64,000 nt of DNA from Dudresnaya verticillata (taxonomy: Eukaryota), in assembly GCA_977862235.1 (NCBI GenBank), contig OZ374560.1, forward strand, positions 2,170,001 to 2,234,000, in the 5' to 3' direction. The translations under genes and the position numbers were made by a program. The notes beneath the pieces are model-generated. The model ran no database searches. It was given only the letters and a program-made list of their open reading frames with translations, and was not told the DNA's origin. Positions 11,714-24,469 of the stretch are shown here, in pieces; positions within the stretch are counted from its first letter, which is position 1, and each line of letters starts with the position of its first letter.

Positions 11714-14334
11714 TTAGTTTTTCGCCTCCGGCGGTTTTTGCGGCGCTTTGTTGCAATTGATCACCGTCGGATGACGTTCCGCATGCTGCATGGGCCCGCC
11801 CTGTGGCGATGGTGGTCGTGCTGCACGGCATGCTGCTTCGCGCGCGGCGTGTTACTTTCACCGAGTGTGCGCATCAGCGAGGACGCCCGCCCTTTCGGCG
11901 TCCGTTAAGCCTTCGTAGTTGCCAATCGCCTTCATGTACTCGCCCATGCGTAGGAAGCAGTCCGGTGCGATATGTCCGCGGGCATAGCACTTGATGAAAG
12001 ATCAGCTGTCTGCGAATGCCTTGACGGAACGGGCCCCTGTCTTGCCAACCGGGCCTCGCCCGGTGGACATGTGGGGTATATTCCGAATACGGAACGCGCG
12101 TCGCGGGTACAACCGAACGCTCAAAGGCGAGTGTGGGGTCTATTACCCTAGTGTCCTCGTCGTCGACGTAGCTATCCGTTGGTAACGCTGAGGTTGGCAC
12201 TGACGGTTGTTCATCAGCCAGGTAGAGGTCGCCATCGGCGTGTGTCTCCATGTCGTCTGCATGACGAGTGACATCGCGGAACTCAACGGAAGACTCCGCT
12301 ATCATAGCGCGAGCGGCAGGCTTCGTGCCCCTCGTCTGTTGACGTAGTCCTGTTAGTTTATCGCCAATGGTGGGGCGCAGTGCGCGAGCGGCTTGGGCCG
12401 GGGCCATTATATCCCGTCTTACTGACGTCGAGCCGGCTCGGCCATGTCTTGCGCGAGGCTCGTCGCCTTCGTCCCGTGCGAAATGGACTAGCCTTTTAAA
12501 CAACAACTACGCCCTTGCCCTTCGTTTCTTCGCGGAAGCGGGCCACTAGAGACCTGATCAACGGGTCCAACACGTCGATGTACAGTTTCATCTTCTCCCA
12601 CTCGGGGTAAACGTTACCGCAACGAATGCATGCCCCAGCAAGTCTCATGCGGTAGGTCGTCTCGTCTTCGCCTTGCTTCTGACTAGTCGACCGCAGGGCG
12701 AGGACAGTGTCTCGAATCACCGCAGGCGTTGCATACGTGCTGAGGAGGTAGTGTACCACCTCCGGGTACGATGATACGCAGCCTCGGTGGCGTGAAGACG
12801 TCGACTTGACGGAGCGGAATTGCGTGGCCGCCGTACCTCGTAAGAAGTACGAAAGCTCGAAAATCGCTTGGGCTTCGCTCATCTCTAGCGTCCGCTTCAT
12901 CCGCGAACCTCGTAAAAACTCGAACATCATAACGGGATCGTTGCCGTTGAAGGTGGCGTCCTTCATCGTCAACTCGAGTCGCTTGATATGATCTTTGACC
13001 TTCCCGGTCTCGCATCCTGAGCGCTTTTGTGCTACGTCTCGAAGACGGTATGATCGGTGTGATATAAACTGATCAAACATCATGGCAATTCCGTGACCCG
13101 GGCGATCATCGTCGTCAGACGAAGAGTCGGACGAACCATCGTTACTAGACGTATCCGAGGAGGATGAGCACGAGTCCCCCCCGTCTGCGACGGTCCTTCT
13201 TTCGTCCATGACGCGACTTGTGGCGGTTGTTTTCTCGTCTTTTCTGATCCTTACGTCGGCGACGGTCTTCCCCGGAACTGTCATCGTTAGACGGCAGTCC
13301 CTGTCACCAATTGGCGGTTTCCAGTCGCTCTAAGCGGGTCGCCAGTCGCTGGAAGCGTTCGCGTGAACTCAGCTCCGACTGGGAGTGGACCGTCACGGCT
13401 GCTGGCTATTGGTCGTCTGTACCACGATTAGGGCTGTTGTTCGTCATTAGACGGTCGAGGTCGGAGCGGAGTTCTTGAAGGGCACGGTCCTGATCTTATT
13501 CTAAATTCTGTAGACGGCTACAAATGCCTCCAGCATTGTTCTCTAACATTTCCGCGAACCGAGCGAGTAAATTATCGTCGTCAAGGACGCATACTTCCTG
13601 GATCCGCTCGCGGGGTATCGTGGGATTGCCCACGCGAGCGGATACTGGGGAAGCCACTAGCGGTGTGCGCGCGGGGGTCGGCGCATGAGGCGAACCTCCC
13701 ACGTTGTGCAGTTGTGCTAGCGGTCTGGCCGGTGAAAATCCGGCACTGCCGTCGGGTGAGCGACAGCAGTCCCTCGGGTTAGGTGTATCGTCTTCGACGT
13801 CACGCTCTGCAGGGCGTCCTTGGTCGTCATTGACGGGAATGGTTGGTTGGTTGTCCGGAAGTTCCGGTTGCTCCTCGACGTTATCGGTTTGGGCTCCGTG
13901 CTCGACGCGTTTCTGCTCGGCTTGTACCGTGTCAGCAGAATCCACGTACGAGTGATAAGTACGGAGGGCCCGATTCGTTGGGAACGGAAGTACCGACGAC
14001 AACGGGTATCGGCGGGGGAGGTATTTCTCCCCTGTTGAGCGATGCATGAGAGCGGTTGTGGCCCGGGTCGGACGGAAATGCCGATGAGATCTCGGGGCTC
14101 ACGAGGCGCCCTGACCTCGTGGTCATCCGTGTCAGTGACTGTTCCGATGCGGGGACACTCCCAGGCGTTGATGAAGGTCTTCTGGAACCTGGACCTCGCG
14201 ACTGCGGCGGTCGTGAGGCCATAATACAATCGTAGAGTTGCTTGGACGTCGTGGACGATTTGCAGCGAACGTCTGATGACGGTAAGTCGGACGTCGCACG
14301 ACAGAGTCACACTTTGATGGTTGAGACGTAGCAC
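11714..14334 (-). pseudogene. gag remnant 2 (different subfamily), directly after the PBS
   Basis: Motifs: SHRSYRL, FNGNDPVMMFEFL, YPEVVHYLLSTYAT. It ends in GCG AAA AAC TAA, like a gag/pol frameshift junction. Confidence 0.8.
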
Positions 14335-14338
14335 ACTT

Positions 14339-14354
14339 CTAGGTCGGGAGCCCG
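14339..14354 (-). promoter_or_regulatory. Degenerate primer-binding site of element A
   Basis: The + strand reads CTAGGTCGGGAGCCCG adjacent to the LTR. It shares CTAGGTCGGGAG with the PBS of element C. Confidence 0.7.
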
Positions 14355-14356
14355 GT

Positions 14357-15269
14357 TGTGGTGCAAAACGTCTGAGGACGATCTACACCTCCGGACCGTT
14401 CGGCGTCCGGCGGGCAGCCGCTTGTAGCGGGGTAAGTGTGGTAGAGCAAAGGGGACTGTAAACCAACTGGGTGGTAAGGGGAAAACAAAGGAACAAAAGG
14501 AAAGAGGGAAAAAGGAACTACATCTCGGACGCGGTGCCGACGCGGAAGCGCGGTAGGTCAGACGCTTGGGCCTCAAGGCTAGTGGGTAGGTACGCGTAGC
14601 GCGAGAATGGTAGTCTGGACCAAGGCCGGCTTGCCGGGAGTTTATCTTCACGTCTGGGACAGATCACCCAAGTATAGAACATCTACCTATCGGCGCCGGT
14701 GCCGATGCGTCGCGCGGGAACTCGGGGCACGCGTTGTCCCGAGGCGCGTCTGACAAGTTCCGTCCGTCATGCAGCCGCGCGTCTGACAGAGTCACGCGGA
14801 GCTCGCCACGTGAGTGCTTACACGTACACGTGGATGTACATGCCTTACAGCCGCACGCGTCCCATAGAGCGTACGATCTTGATTCGCACCGATTCGGATC
14901 CAATCCGGATTCGTGCCAGCCATGCGAATGCGCCAAGCTTACAGGCGCGTGCCTTACACTTCCTGATCCCGATGTCTGATCTCGATGCGGGATCCCGATT
15001 CAATCCGGATTCGGGGCACGCTTACAGCAGACATTCCCGTCACTGTGCCAAGCGCGCACGCGTGGCGCCGTACAGTGCTGCGGCGTCGGGCGGACGGTCT
15101 GTACGCCAAATGAGCCGTTCTGGCCCAGGTATTTAGCGTCATACGTCTGTGATGTGTTTGCGCCGCGGGCGGGTTGAGCGCGCCTTTTGGCGGTTGCCAG
15201 TCGGTCGTAGTTTTAACGCGTAGTTTTCAACCCCCTCAGAGCAAAAAACAGCGATCCCCTGGCATTACA
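14357..15269 (-). mobile_element. 5' LTR of element A (~913 bp)
   Basis: Termini are TGTGGTGCAA...GGCATTACA, the PBS is adjacent, and it is homologous to the solo LTR at 5539-6440. Confidence 0.85.
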
Positions 15270-15482
15270 ACTTCCCTGCCTTTATCGACAGCGAAAGCGC
15301 AAGCGAGCGAGACACTGCGAAGCATCTCTTACCCTGAGCGGCATTCTGTTCCCCACGTCACATCAACAACGCACTTTGACCCAAAGGGTATTGTTAATGC
15401 TGGGGACAGAATCTCTCAATGAAGAATGTCTGATTGCGGCGTGGTTTCGACGCTAGCCGTACCGGTTTTGAAGGTTGTGATG

Positions 15483-16240
15483 TGTGGTATAACGAATGTA
15501 CACGGAGACGTGGGGAAGTCTCGCACTGTAAGGGAGGCCTCGGAGCCGAACGTATGACCTCGTAGCCTAAGGGAAAACGAAGAAAGGAAAAGGGGTGGTA
15601 GCGTGGTAGAGCGGAGCGACTGACGCGAAGGACCACGTTGTGAACGTATTCGTGCGCGGAAGGTAGAACTCGAGAGATTGATCACCGGAGATGACTCCGG
15701 GTGCGCGAGGCTATCGAAAGCGAGGCTCGAACGTATCCGCGGTCACGAAGACGAAGACACCGAACGCGAAGAAACAGGCGTTTACCGAAGGCTCCGAGGT
15801 CAGGGTGCTAGTCGCTTACCGGAAACCCTTGGAGGTCGTCCCAGACGACTCGCTAAGTACTACTACATGAACAAGAATACACGTCACCACGGGAGGCGGT
15901 TCGTACTCGAATGATTTGTAACGGCCTCGGTGCCAACGAACGGCCGTCTCACGTATGGTGGCAGTTACGAAGTGTCCCAGCAATGCATACGGAGGTGCCG
16001 CGCGTCGTGGAGCTCGAAACCGTTACGCGCAGGGAACAAGGGGAAAAGCACGAAGGTGTCAGCGATTTTGTATCGGGTGCGCACTGTAATGCGAATGCCA
16101 TCGTGTCTCGCGCACAGTATGCGCACTCTAATACGTTTGCCATCGTGGCGTGCGCGTTCACGAAGTCACTTCGAAATTCGTATTTCTCTATTATTTTCAC
16201 TAGGCCACGGAGTCATTCTGCGTACAGCGTCTATACCACA
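15483..16240 (-). mobile_element. Solo LTR (758 bp) of the element C family, TSD TGATG/TGACG
   Basis: Termini are TGTGGTATAACG...CGTCTATACCACA. It aligns to 31225-32069 but lacks an ~87-bp internal duplication. The 5-bp TSD has one mismatch. Confidence 0.92.
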
Positions 16241-16713
16241 TGACGTAACCTGATATGATTAAGTTTGAGATCGAATAAACCGCGTACAAGGAGAAGGTTG
16301 CTGACCTTAATCGTTCTCGAGATGCGTCGAGAAAGATTACACCTTATAGCATTACGCAGTGCATGGATCCCGTCCTGTTTGTAAATACCGGTTTCTTTCG
16401 TGTGTGTTCTTCCTTTTAATCAACTCGTTTTCCTGTGGTATTTATGCTACTGTATCTCTACAATCTTTAAGGGTTTGTTTTTCTCTCGTGCACGGAGAGT
16501 ATCCGAGATATTCTTGACTCTGGGAGTATTTCCGGGAGCATCCATAGCACTGCTTGTCATCGGCTGACCACGAAGCGTACCACTTGTCGTTCTTCATGGT
16601 CACTAGTCCATCTCCAATAAACAGCATCCATATAACAAATATGTCGGCACTACTGCATTTGCTCTGCTCTCTGAACCCCCTGTCTAACATTCGGCCTTAC
16701 TTACAGAATCCCT

Positions 16714-19700
16714 CTATCTCGACGCCCTTATTGCATCCCACTCGGCAACCACCAGTTCTGGTAGCTCTGTTTCAGGAACCCACTTTTGTTTTGAGTCCAG
16801 ACTATTCTTAACTTTTAGGTGGCGAACACCGCGAACGATCTTTTCTGCTCGAATGTTCCGAATTAGTCGACGCGTATCCGGAAAGATTCCATCCTGCGGG
16901 TCCCCGGTCTCTTGTACGTCCTCCGCGATTCTCCGCAATCGGTTGACGTGTACCCTTGCCACTTCACGACCAACCTCCGACCTTATTATATACGAGATTT
17001 TTGAGAGGGGTTCTTCATCTTGATATGGGCCCAGCCAAGGTGAATTGAGTTTCCGGCCCTTCTCCATAGAATGACGCGAATTATAAACCATAACCCGATC
17101 TCCCTTCTCAAACTTAACATCTTCAACTAGTTTTTTATACTGTTTTGCTGCCTTCATTCTAGAATCGACACCCTTTCGTACTAATTCTTGATGCAGCACT
17201 TTTAAACGAGCAGCCAATTATTCGGCAGACTGAGGCTCCTCATCTAACGCCATTCTTTTTCCTGCCTCTGCATAGAAATCGAAAGCATCGACGCCAAACA
17301 CCGCCTTGTAAGGGGTCATGCCAGTTGCTGAATTAACTGTACAATTATACCTGAAGCATGCCATTGCCACGTGTTTGTCCCAGTCGTGGTCATCTGGGGC
17401 TACGAATGCCCTTATATCCTTCATGACGGTTCTATTAAATCTTTCTACAAACCCATCCGTTTGGGGATGGTAAGTGTGGTTGAGAGCCGTCCCGACACGG
17501 CAATGAAGCAATAAAGGTACACGTTGTACTGCACCGTGGCCCAGTGGGGCATGCCCAGCTTGCATTGCTGTACAGCGTACCTTGCCGTGCCGGCATGCGA
17601 AATCGCAAAAGGAGAAAGAAAGCTGGCATTTTTAGGCAGCCGGAAGGGTCACGAGAAATGCACATGGCACTCCTTCGTCCGCTAGTGCACGCGAGCAAGC
17701 GTGAATTTAACAAGGGGAAATGCAAGAGTTAGTGCGACGAGCTCGTGGGCCTCGGCGGCTACTTCAGGAGCAAAAGACGAAGCGACGCCTGGGGCTTGCG
17801 AGGGTACGCGTTTTGTTTTATCCCACTCTTTGGCTCCGGTACTGCGTCGCAAAGCGATAGCGGTGCATCTGGCTTGGAGGGAAAGCATACGCGAAGGGAA
17901 TAAACGAAGTCAGTTCACAACACTATCTCTCTTGCATAGCGCTCTACGTGGCTACAGCGGCCGCCTTTTGTTCTTCCACACTCTTAACGCGAGAGTCCAG
18001 TTCGGTCATATTGCAGTTCAGCATCAGCAAGGGCTTGTAAATATTTTCTTAGTACCCACGCGGCTGCACAATTTTCTTACCAAGTCGCCCATAAATGCTT
18101 TGCCTCTATAGCTTAGAAGCTTTTCAGGCGGTCCGAAGCGCAGTATCCACTCGTCCATTATTACTCCCGCCAATGTCTCTGCTGTTTCGTCGAGAATTGG
18201 GCAGGCCCAAACAAATCTTGTAAAAAGATCTCCCATGAGTGCTACCTTTCCACAGTATCTGCCCAGCGTAGATGATACTTCCAATACATCAATCGCCACT
18301 ACTTGAAACCTCCGCAGCGGATGCCACGTTAGCATGTGCCCCTGTCTACCAGGGCGTCCAAGTCTATGAAGGGTACAGTGTACACATTTTAGGACGCGAT
18401 GTGACACATCTCTTCGAAGACCCTTCCACCAAAACCTCTTCTGGACCCAGCATAGAGTCTAAAAACGCCGCGATGCCCAATTTGTCTTGAACCATGCGCG
18501 TGTTGCAACACACTGGCCTATAGTAGATGTGGTACAACTATTCTCATGCTATCTTTGAGCATTAGACACATCAGCGAATCTTCATCCAGAACGAACTCCT
18601 TGTCTCCGTCCTTATATTCTTCAAGATTTCCGAACTCCTGTTCCTGTGCTGATCGGATCTCGGCGACAGATGGAAGGCACCTGTCTTTTTCTCTTGTGAA
18701 CCTTATGCGTTCCTGGCATTTGGTGCATTTCATAGTGCCCACAGCGTCTCTGCTAAGTGTGTCTGCTACTGTCATCAACTCTCCTGGGGCGTACTCTACG
18801 ATAAAGCCAAAATCTTGCACCTCCACCATCCATCGCGCCAACCTTCCCCGCGGCTCTGTGAGTGAGAGAAGCCATTTTAGCGCCTCGTGATCTGTAATTA
18901 CTTTAAAGGTGGGTCCACCATGCAAGTAGTGCCGCCACTTACGAAGTGCGTGGATAACTGCCAGGCATTCCTTCTCGGTTACAGTATAACGCAGCTCGGC
19001 TCCTTCGAGTTTCCGTGACGTAAAGGACACTGGACGACAAAGCCCATCTTCATCCACCTGAATTAAAACTCCACCGATGCCATAATCGCTTGCATCTGTC
19101 ATTACAATTTCCTTCTTATTAATGTCTGGTGCCGCTAATAGTTCCGGGTTAGAAAGCTCTTCCTTGAGACACTGCCAAGCCAATGTCTGACTTTCTCCCC
19201 CACGCTGATCCCAGTCTCTGACCGAACACGTTGCCGCACGGTGCCTTTTCTTTTTTTTAAAGTCCGTGCCATGCAGCACTTCATATAAAGGTTTTGCGCG
19301 GTTTGTGAAGTTCGGTATAAAAACAGAGAAGTAATTAATTAGCCCAAGAAAACGCATTAGCTCGGTTATGTTCCGTGGTTCCTGGAGGTCCTTAATGGCA
19401 GCAACATGTCCTTCGGACGGCTGCAAGCCATCTGGCTGTACTCTATGACCCAAGACCTCAACCTCTCGGACTCCAAAACAGCACTTGCTCAGCTTCAGGC
19501 GCATGCCTGCTCTCAACATGCACGCCAAAAGTTTCTCCAATTCCACAATATGAGATTCCTCATCCTCAGTACCTACACTTCCGTCATCCATAAAAGCCCA
19601 CAGGCTCCTCCCCTTGAACTGTCCCAGTACCAAATTAATGATGCGCTGGAATGCCGCTGGGCTGTTCTTCAGACCCTGTGCTAGCCTGGTATATTGTAGT

Positions 19701-20787
19701 AGACCTATAACAGTCCTAAAAGCAGTGTACTCTCGTGACTCAGCATCAAGCTGCACTTGAAAATAACGATCCTTTAAGTCGAATGTTGAGAAGACCTTTT
19801 TGCTAGCCAGCCAGTCCAATGTTTCTCTAACGCCTTCCATAGGGTACTGATCGGACACCGTACGTGCATTTAGTGCACGAAAATCAGTTGTGCACCTCAG
19901 TGACCCGTCTTTCTTTGGTACAAAAACATTGTTTGAAGCCCACGGAGACTCCGAGTGCTCCACAATTCCCTGGGACAAAAGTCGTTCCATGGTCTCCTTC
20001 TCGGTGCGCTGCTCTGCAGGTGACCGTCTTCGGATGGGGGATGCCATTGGCTCAGCATCCCTATTCACCCAAATTTTGTGCTTGTAGCCTGCAATGCAGC
20101 CCACGCCCTTGAAAATCTCCCTGTGCTCCCAGAGTACATTTCGTAATCTCTGTCGCATTTGTTTTGCAGGATGAAAAGAACTTAGACCCATGTTCCAGAT
20201 TGCGGAATCAATATCTGCATCCTCAATGATTGCCCGTACCTCTTCATCATGAACATCCTTGAGCCGAAGATTTCCTTCAAATTGTTCACCCTGTACATTT
20301 CCGGTTCCCTGCAGTGTATCCAGATCCATCTTCATTTTATACTTCAACCAGAATCGCCTCCCAATAAGGATTCCACTTGATAAGCTCTCCATGACCCGAA
20401 CCGGTTGTTGATGGAATTTTTTCCCCCACATTCTAAATGTTAAATATCCTCTGCCCACGACATTTAGTTTCAGTCCGCCTGCATCTAATGAATCCTCTTC
20501 ATCAACCATGAGCTTCCCCCAAGCCTTCTGAAAAGAGCCGCGTTGATCCACAACGAAAACGCCCCAATGTCTACAACAGCAGGGACAAATTCTATTCTTC
20601 CACTTGGACTCTTAAACGCCAAGTCTACCACGAAATCTAAGCTGTAATTCCCCTCCTCTTCGTGAGAAAGACAATTTTCTTCTGCGCACTCACAGACTGT
20701 CTCCCATGATTTCTTTTCCATATGGCCAGAATTTTCGGCAGTTAAGCCCTGTTCTGCAACGGAGGACTGCTCCCTTTCTCTCTCCAA
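16714..20787 (-). pseudogene. pol of element B (PR-RT-RH-IN with degenerate chromodomain-like tail)
   Basis: Motifs: VVDIGA (PR); PKKDGSLRCTTDFRALN, GLKNSPAAFQ, AFMDD (RT); MTDASDYGIG, ITDHEAL (RH); VAIDV, YHPQTDGFVERFNRT, WLGPY (IN); RHLKVK...KWVPETELP. Stops and frameshifts are present. Confidence 0.9.
17475..18026. mobile_element. Probable solo LTR (552 bp) in the integrase of element B, TSD GTAAG/GCAAG
   Basis: Termini are TGTGGTTGA...TCAGCATCA. Excision restores KKIFTSPYHPQTDG in frame. Confidence 0.8.
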
Positions 20788-21512
20788 AGGTCTCTCTTTT
20801 CCTTGTTGTCACCTTCATTTGTCTTAGGTCCTTCGCACTTCTCTTTTTGCCAAGACATATGTCCCAGCTTCCCACACGTGTAACATTTCAACTTAGCAAA
20901 GCGATCCTCCCTACCCGATGGAGGAAATGCACGAGCTTCTGTGCTTTGATTTTCCCTTACCTCTTTAATCCCTTCAGAGCGGTTTGGGGAGTCAGCAATT
21001 TGTGCCATAACTGATATAAGCTCATCATATCCACCCTGGCTTGTGTATGCGAACGCTTCCAGACGCACAGGCAGCCCTTTGATAAGTTGTGCCTGTATAA
21101 GCGCCTTGTCGTATCCGAGAGAAACACCTAGAACAGTAACACGTTCCCCGTATTTTCGGACCGATTCGTGACGTTCATCCCATTTAAGTCCAAGAAAGGA
21201 AGTGTTCCTTGACTTTTTCTGTGTTTCATTAAATAGACTCTGCTCCAATAGAGACCATAGAGCCCTTGCGTCAACATCCTGGTTTTCACGACACACTGCA
21301 TTAGCGAGCTTCAAAGCTGATTTTTCAAATGCCAACATTGAAAGCTCCTTCTCAATGTCATCTTCTAACGGGAACTTCTTATGTAGCCTCTCGAAGTCTT
21401 CTTTGGCGGCCGGGAAGTTGTAGTCTCCCATCACTGAAACCTTGTTCAGTGTCATCTTCCGTTGCCAGATCTTGAGCCTGTCCGAAGTAGACAATCCCGA
21501 AGCAGAACGAAT
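20742..21512 (-). pseudogene. gag of element B, C-terminal part
   Basis: It carries the zinc knuckle CYTCGKLGH and lies directly upstream of the protease. Confidence 0.85.
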
Positions 21513-21951
21513 AGACGGTTCGTACTCGAATGATTCGTAACGGCCTCGGTGCCAACGAACGGTCGCCTCACGTATGGTGGCGGTTGCGAAGTGCGCCAGC
21601 GATGCATACGGAGGTGCGCGTGTCTCGTGGGCCCCGGTGCCGTTACGCGCGGGGAACAACGGGAAAGTCACGAAGGTGTCATCGATTTCGTATCGGATGC
21701 GCGCTGTAATGCGAATGCCATCGTGGCGCGCGCGATCACGAAGTCGGATCGGGATTCATCCGGAGGTGTCAGCGATTTCGTATCACGTGCGTGCTGTAAT
21801 GCGTATGCCATCGTGGCGCGCGCGCGGTATGCGCTCTGTAATACGTGTGCCATCGTGGCGTGCGCATTCACGAAGTCACTTTGAAATTCGTATTTCTCGG
21901 TTATTTTCACGTAGATCACGGAGTCATTTCACGAATAGCGTCTATACCACA

Positions 21952-21964
21952 CGGCCCCCTCCTC
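21952..21964 (-). promoter_or_regulatory. Polypurine tract of element C
   Basis: GAGGAGGGGGCCG lies immediately before TGTGGTATAG of the 3' LTR on the minus strand. Confidence 0.9.
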
Positions 21965-23257
21965 AAGAGCGAACGTCCCGGTCGCGGGTTACGGATTTAC
22001 GAATTGGCGTGGCCTGGGTGCAAACGATGCAATACGAAGCGCGGAATTTCGATATGGTCCGACCGCGACAAACCGAGAGTTGCGAATCGCGATTGACTTG
22101 GACCTCGGAGTCCGCGAAGACCTCGGGAATCACGGAGACAAAACGGATTCGTAATCGCAGCTTCGGTTCTCGAATGGTGGGGTCATCGAGACTTCGGAAT
22201 TTCACGTGCACGGCCCCCTCCTCAAGACGAAGGCGCCCGCGCCAACGTGCTTGGGGGGGTGGGTTGCGGAGACGCGCTCCTCGGAGAGCTGTGCGGGTGT
22301 TGCGATGATCGCGCAGGGAAAGTGGCGTGAGCTCCGGGGCTGTCGTGGGCGAGCTGCTTCGGGGGCGCATCGGTGTGGGCGGAACGTATGCATAATGGGG
22401 CGCCGAGGCCATGCGAGAGGATTGCGCTTGGCGACAACGAGGACTCCGTGGTCGTTGCGAAGGCGCGTCGTAACAGGTGAGCTCCGTGTCGCAAGTGAGG
22501 CGCGGGTTACGAAGTCGAAGTGCGCGTGGCGGGTGGCATCGGCCTCGAAGTATGATCATACGTCAGGGGCGTATGAAAAGTTACGTATAGGTCACCGTGT
22601 CCGTCCGTCGCGGTGTCAGCTCCTGTAATGCGAGTGCCGCGGTGCAACCTGGTGCGCGCGGTGCCCTTTGCGGATTTCACGAGGGGCGCTGAGTTGGGGC
22701 GGGGGTGGTCGACACCGCCCGACGGCGTGGAGCGCAACTTCGTGGGGGCAAGGGCTACGTGATCGCGTATCGTTGATGCGGTGGCGTGTCGTCTCCGAGG
22801 ACCTCGGTGTCGTGCGGCGCGCGGCCGAGGAGTGGCGCGACGAACGCAATCCGGTGCGGGTCGAGCTAAGCGAAGACGGAGATCACGAAGCGTGCTGTGT
22901 CGAAGTCGACTTCGTGAATGTTGCGGGAAAGACTGCGCCGCCGCCGAGGGCTGCGTTGGCGTGCCATCGAAATTGCGCAGCTGCGGTAGCGGCATCTGCG
23001 GGGTGGCGGTCGTCTGCTCCGAGGCATCCGTGTGTATCGGGGCAGGTGGCGTGCGACGGAGGCGCGTCGCGAAATACGGAGACGAGAATCACGAAGTTGG
23101 GGCACGAGAGGCGCGTAGCGGTATCATGCAAACGTATGCTCCGGGCAATCGAAATGAGCACTTTCGTGATCAGCACGTGATGCAAGAACGTAGTGGGGCG
23201 CCGGGGCCGTTCGTGTGGTGAGCCTCGTGTGCCGCGCAACTCGAGTGGGCGTAGGCG

Positions 23258-23523
23258 TTATTCGGGCTGCGGGGTGCGGATCGCGAAGTCGGGGCCACGG
23301 AACAACTCGGGGTCCCAGTCGGAGAGCCATTCGTGGGCGAGTAGCACGGGATCACGCTGGTCCGCTTGGCTTCGAAGCCTTGCGAAGTAGCGCGAAACGA
23401 GTTCTTCGGGCACGTACGTACGAGGTTCCCACGTAGGCGTCGCGTAGCCGTCCCACTTGATACGAAACACGAATGTCCCGTCTTCGTCGGTCGAGTGATC
23501 GAGGATGCGATCGACAACGTATT
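23258..23523 (-). pseudogene. Chromodomain of element C integrase, cut off by a solo LTR
   Basis: YVVDRILDHSTDEDGTFVFRIKWDGYATPTWEP. Confidence 0.9.
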
Positions 23524-24360
23524 TGTGGCATAGCTGTAAGACCAGCTGTGCCACGCACGCGCAGCTGTAAGACCAGCTGCGCCACGTGTGCACTGCTGTG
23601 CGCACGCTGTCAGCCGGTGGCGCCGAAGCCCCGCTGAACTGTAAGGGAGTGCGCAGTGGCGCCCACGTGTGCACGCGTTCGCGTGTGACACTGAAACTCC
23701 TATGTAATTTCTACGTTTATTGTTCTGTAAGTGTACAGCACCGTCTAGTGTAAGCGGCGGTCGAACGCCCTGCTGTCCCGCGCGCTGTGCGCACGCACTC
23801 CGGCGCAGAGCCGTTGAGTGCGTGACACGCGCGCGCGCACTCCGGCGTCGAGCCGTTGAGTACGTGTGGACCGTTCCGACTACGCGCGCCCCCGGGTTAC
23901 CGTTACCCGTACGCGTCGACGCGTGTTAGGGCGCGCCGGCACACCTCCCGGGTTGGTGCCGCCGCAGGCCCTGTAGTATATCTAGTAGTCGCCCCTCTGG
24001 GCTTCAGTAAACCAGGCAAGCCAGCCTACGCCAGGCTTGCCCTTTCTGCTTTGGGTTTCTTTCCCAGTCCTTCGCCCTACGGCTTCCCTCTTTCCCTAGC
24101 CGTCTAGGCTTTCCTTTTCCTTTCCCTACCGTCGGCTTCGTGCCGCCCCACGACGGGGACGCAGGGATCTGGCCGCTGCCGCCCGCGTACCGTACGCACC
24201 GTGCGCGCTCAGGCTTCGACGCCGTTGATCCGCGACCGTCGACGGCGCGCGCGGCCGACACCACCGCTCTACCACCACAGCTACCACCCTTCGACGGGTC
24301 TGGGTGCGACTGATCGACCAGCGCAGCTAGACGTCAGTTCGACCTGACGTCTATGCCACA
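23524..24360 (+). mobile_element. Solo LTR (837 bp) with perfect 5-bp TSD GTATT
   Basis: The termini TGTGGCATAG...CTATGCCACA are perfect 10-bp inverted repeats. GTATT occurs at 23519-23523 and 24361-24365. Confidence 0.95.
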
Positions 24361-24469
24361 GTATTCGGGGCCTTCGTTGACCTTTTCCGCAATGTCTTCG
24401 GGTCGCGTAATCGACGGTCGCGTATTCGTAGGGGGTGGCGCGTAGATGCAGCGGTCCGCGGAGACGCGT

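Larger units (their letters stand above)
4730..15269 (-). mobile_element. Gypsy chromovirus element A, decayed and chimeric (two gags), 3' LTR missing
   Basis: Order on the minus strand: 5' LTR, PBS, gag, second gag, protease, RT, RNase H, integrase, chromodomain. Confidence 0.85.

Noticed and set aside
21513..21671. Start of the 309-aa ORF 20742..21671
   Set aside because: This part is read-through from the truncated LTR of element C. The real gag N-terminus is at 32070-32506.
21574..23436. env-like or extra ORF in the 3' region of element C
   Set aside because: Many overlapping Arg/Ala/Pro-rich ORFs occur on both strands as expected in GC-rich DNA, with no signal peptide, TM segment or recognisable motif.
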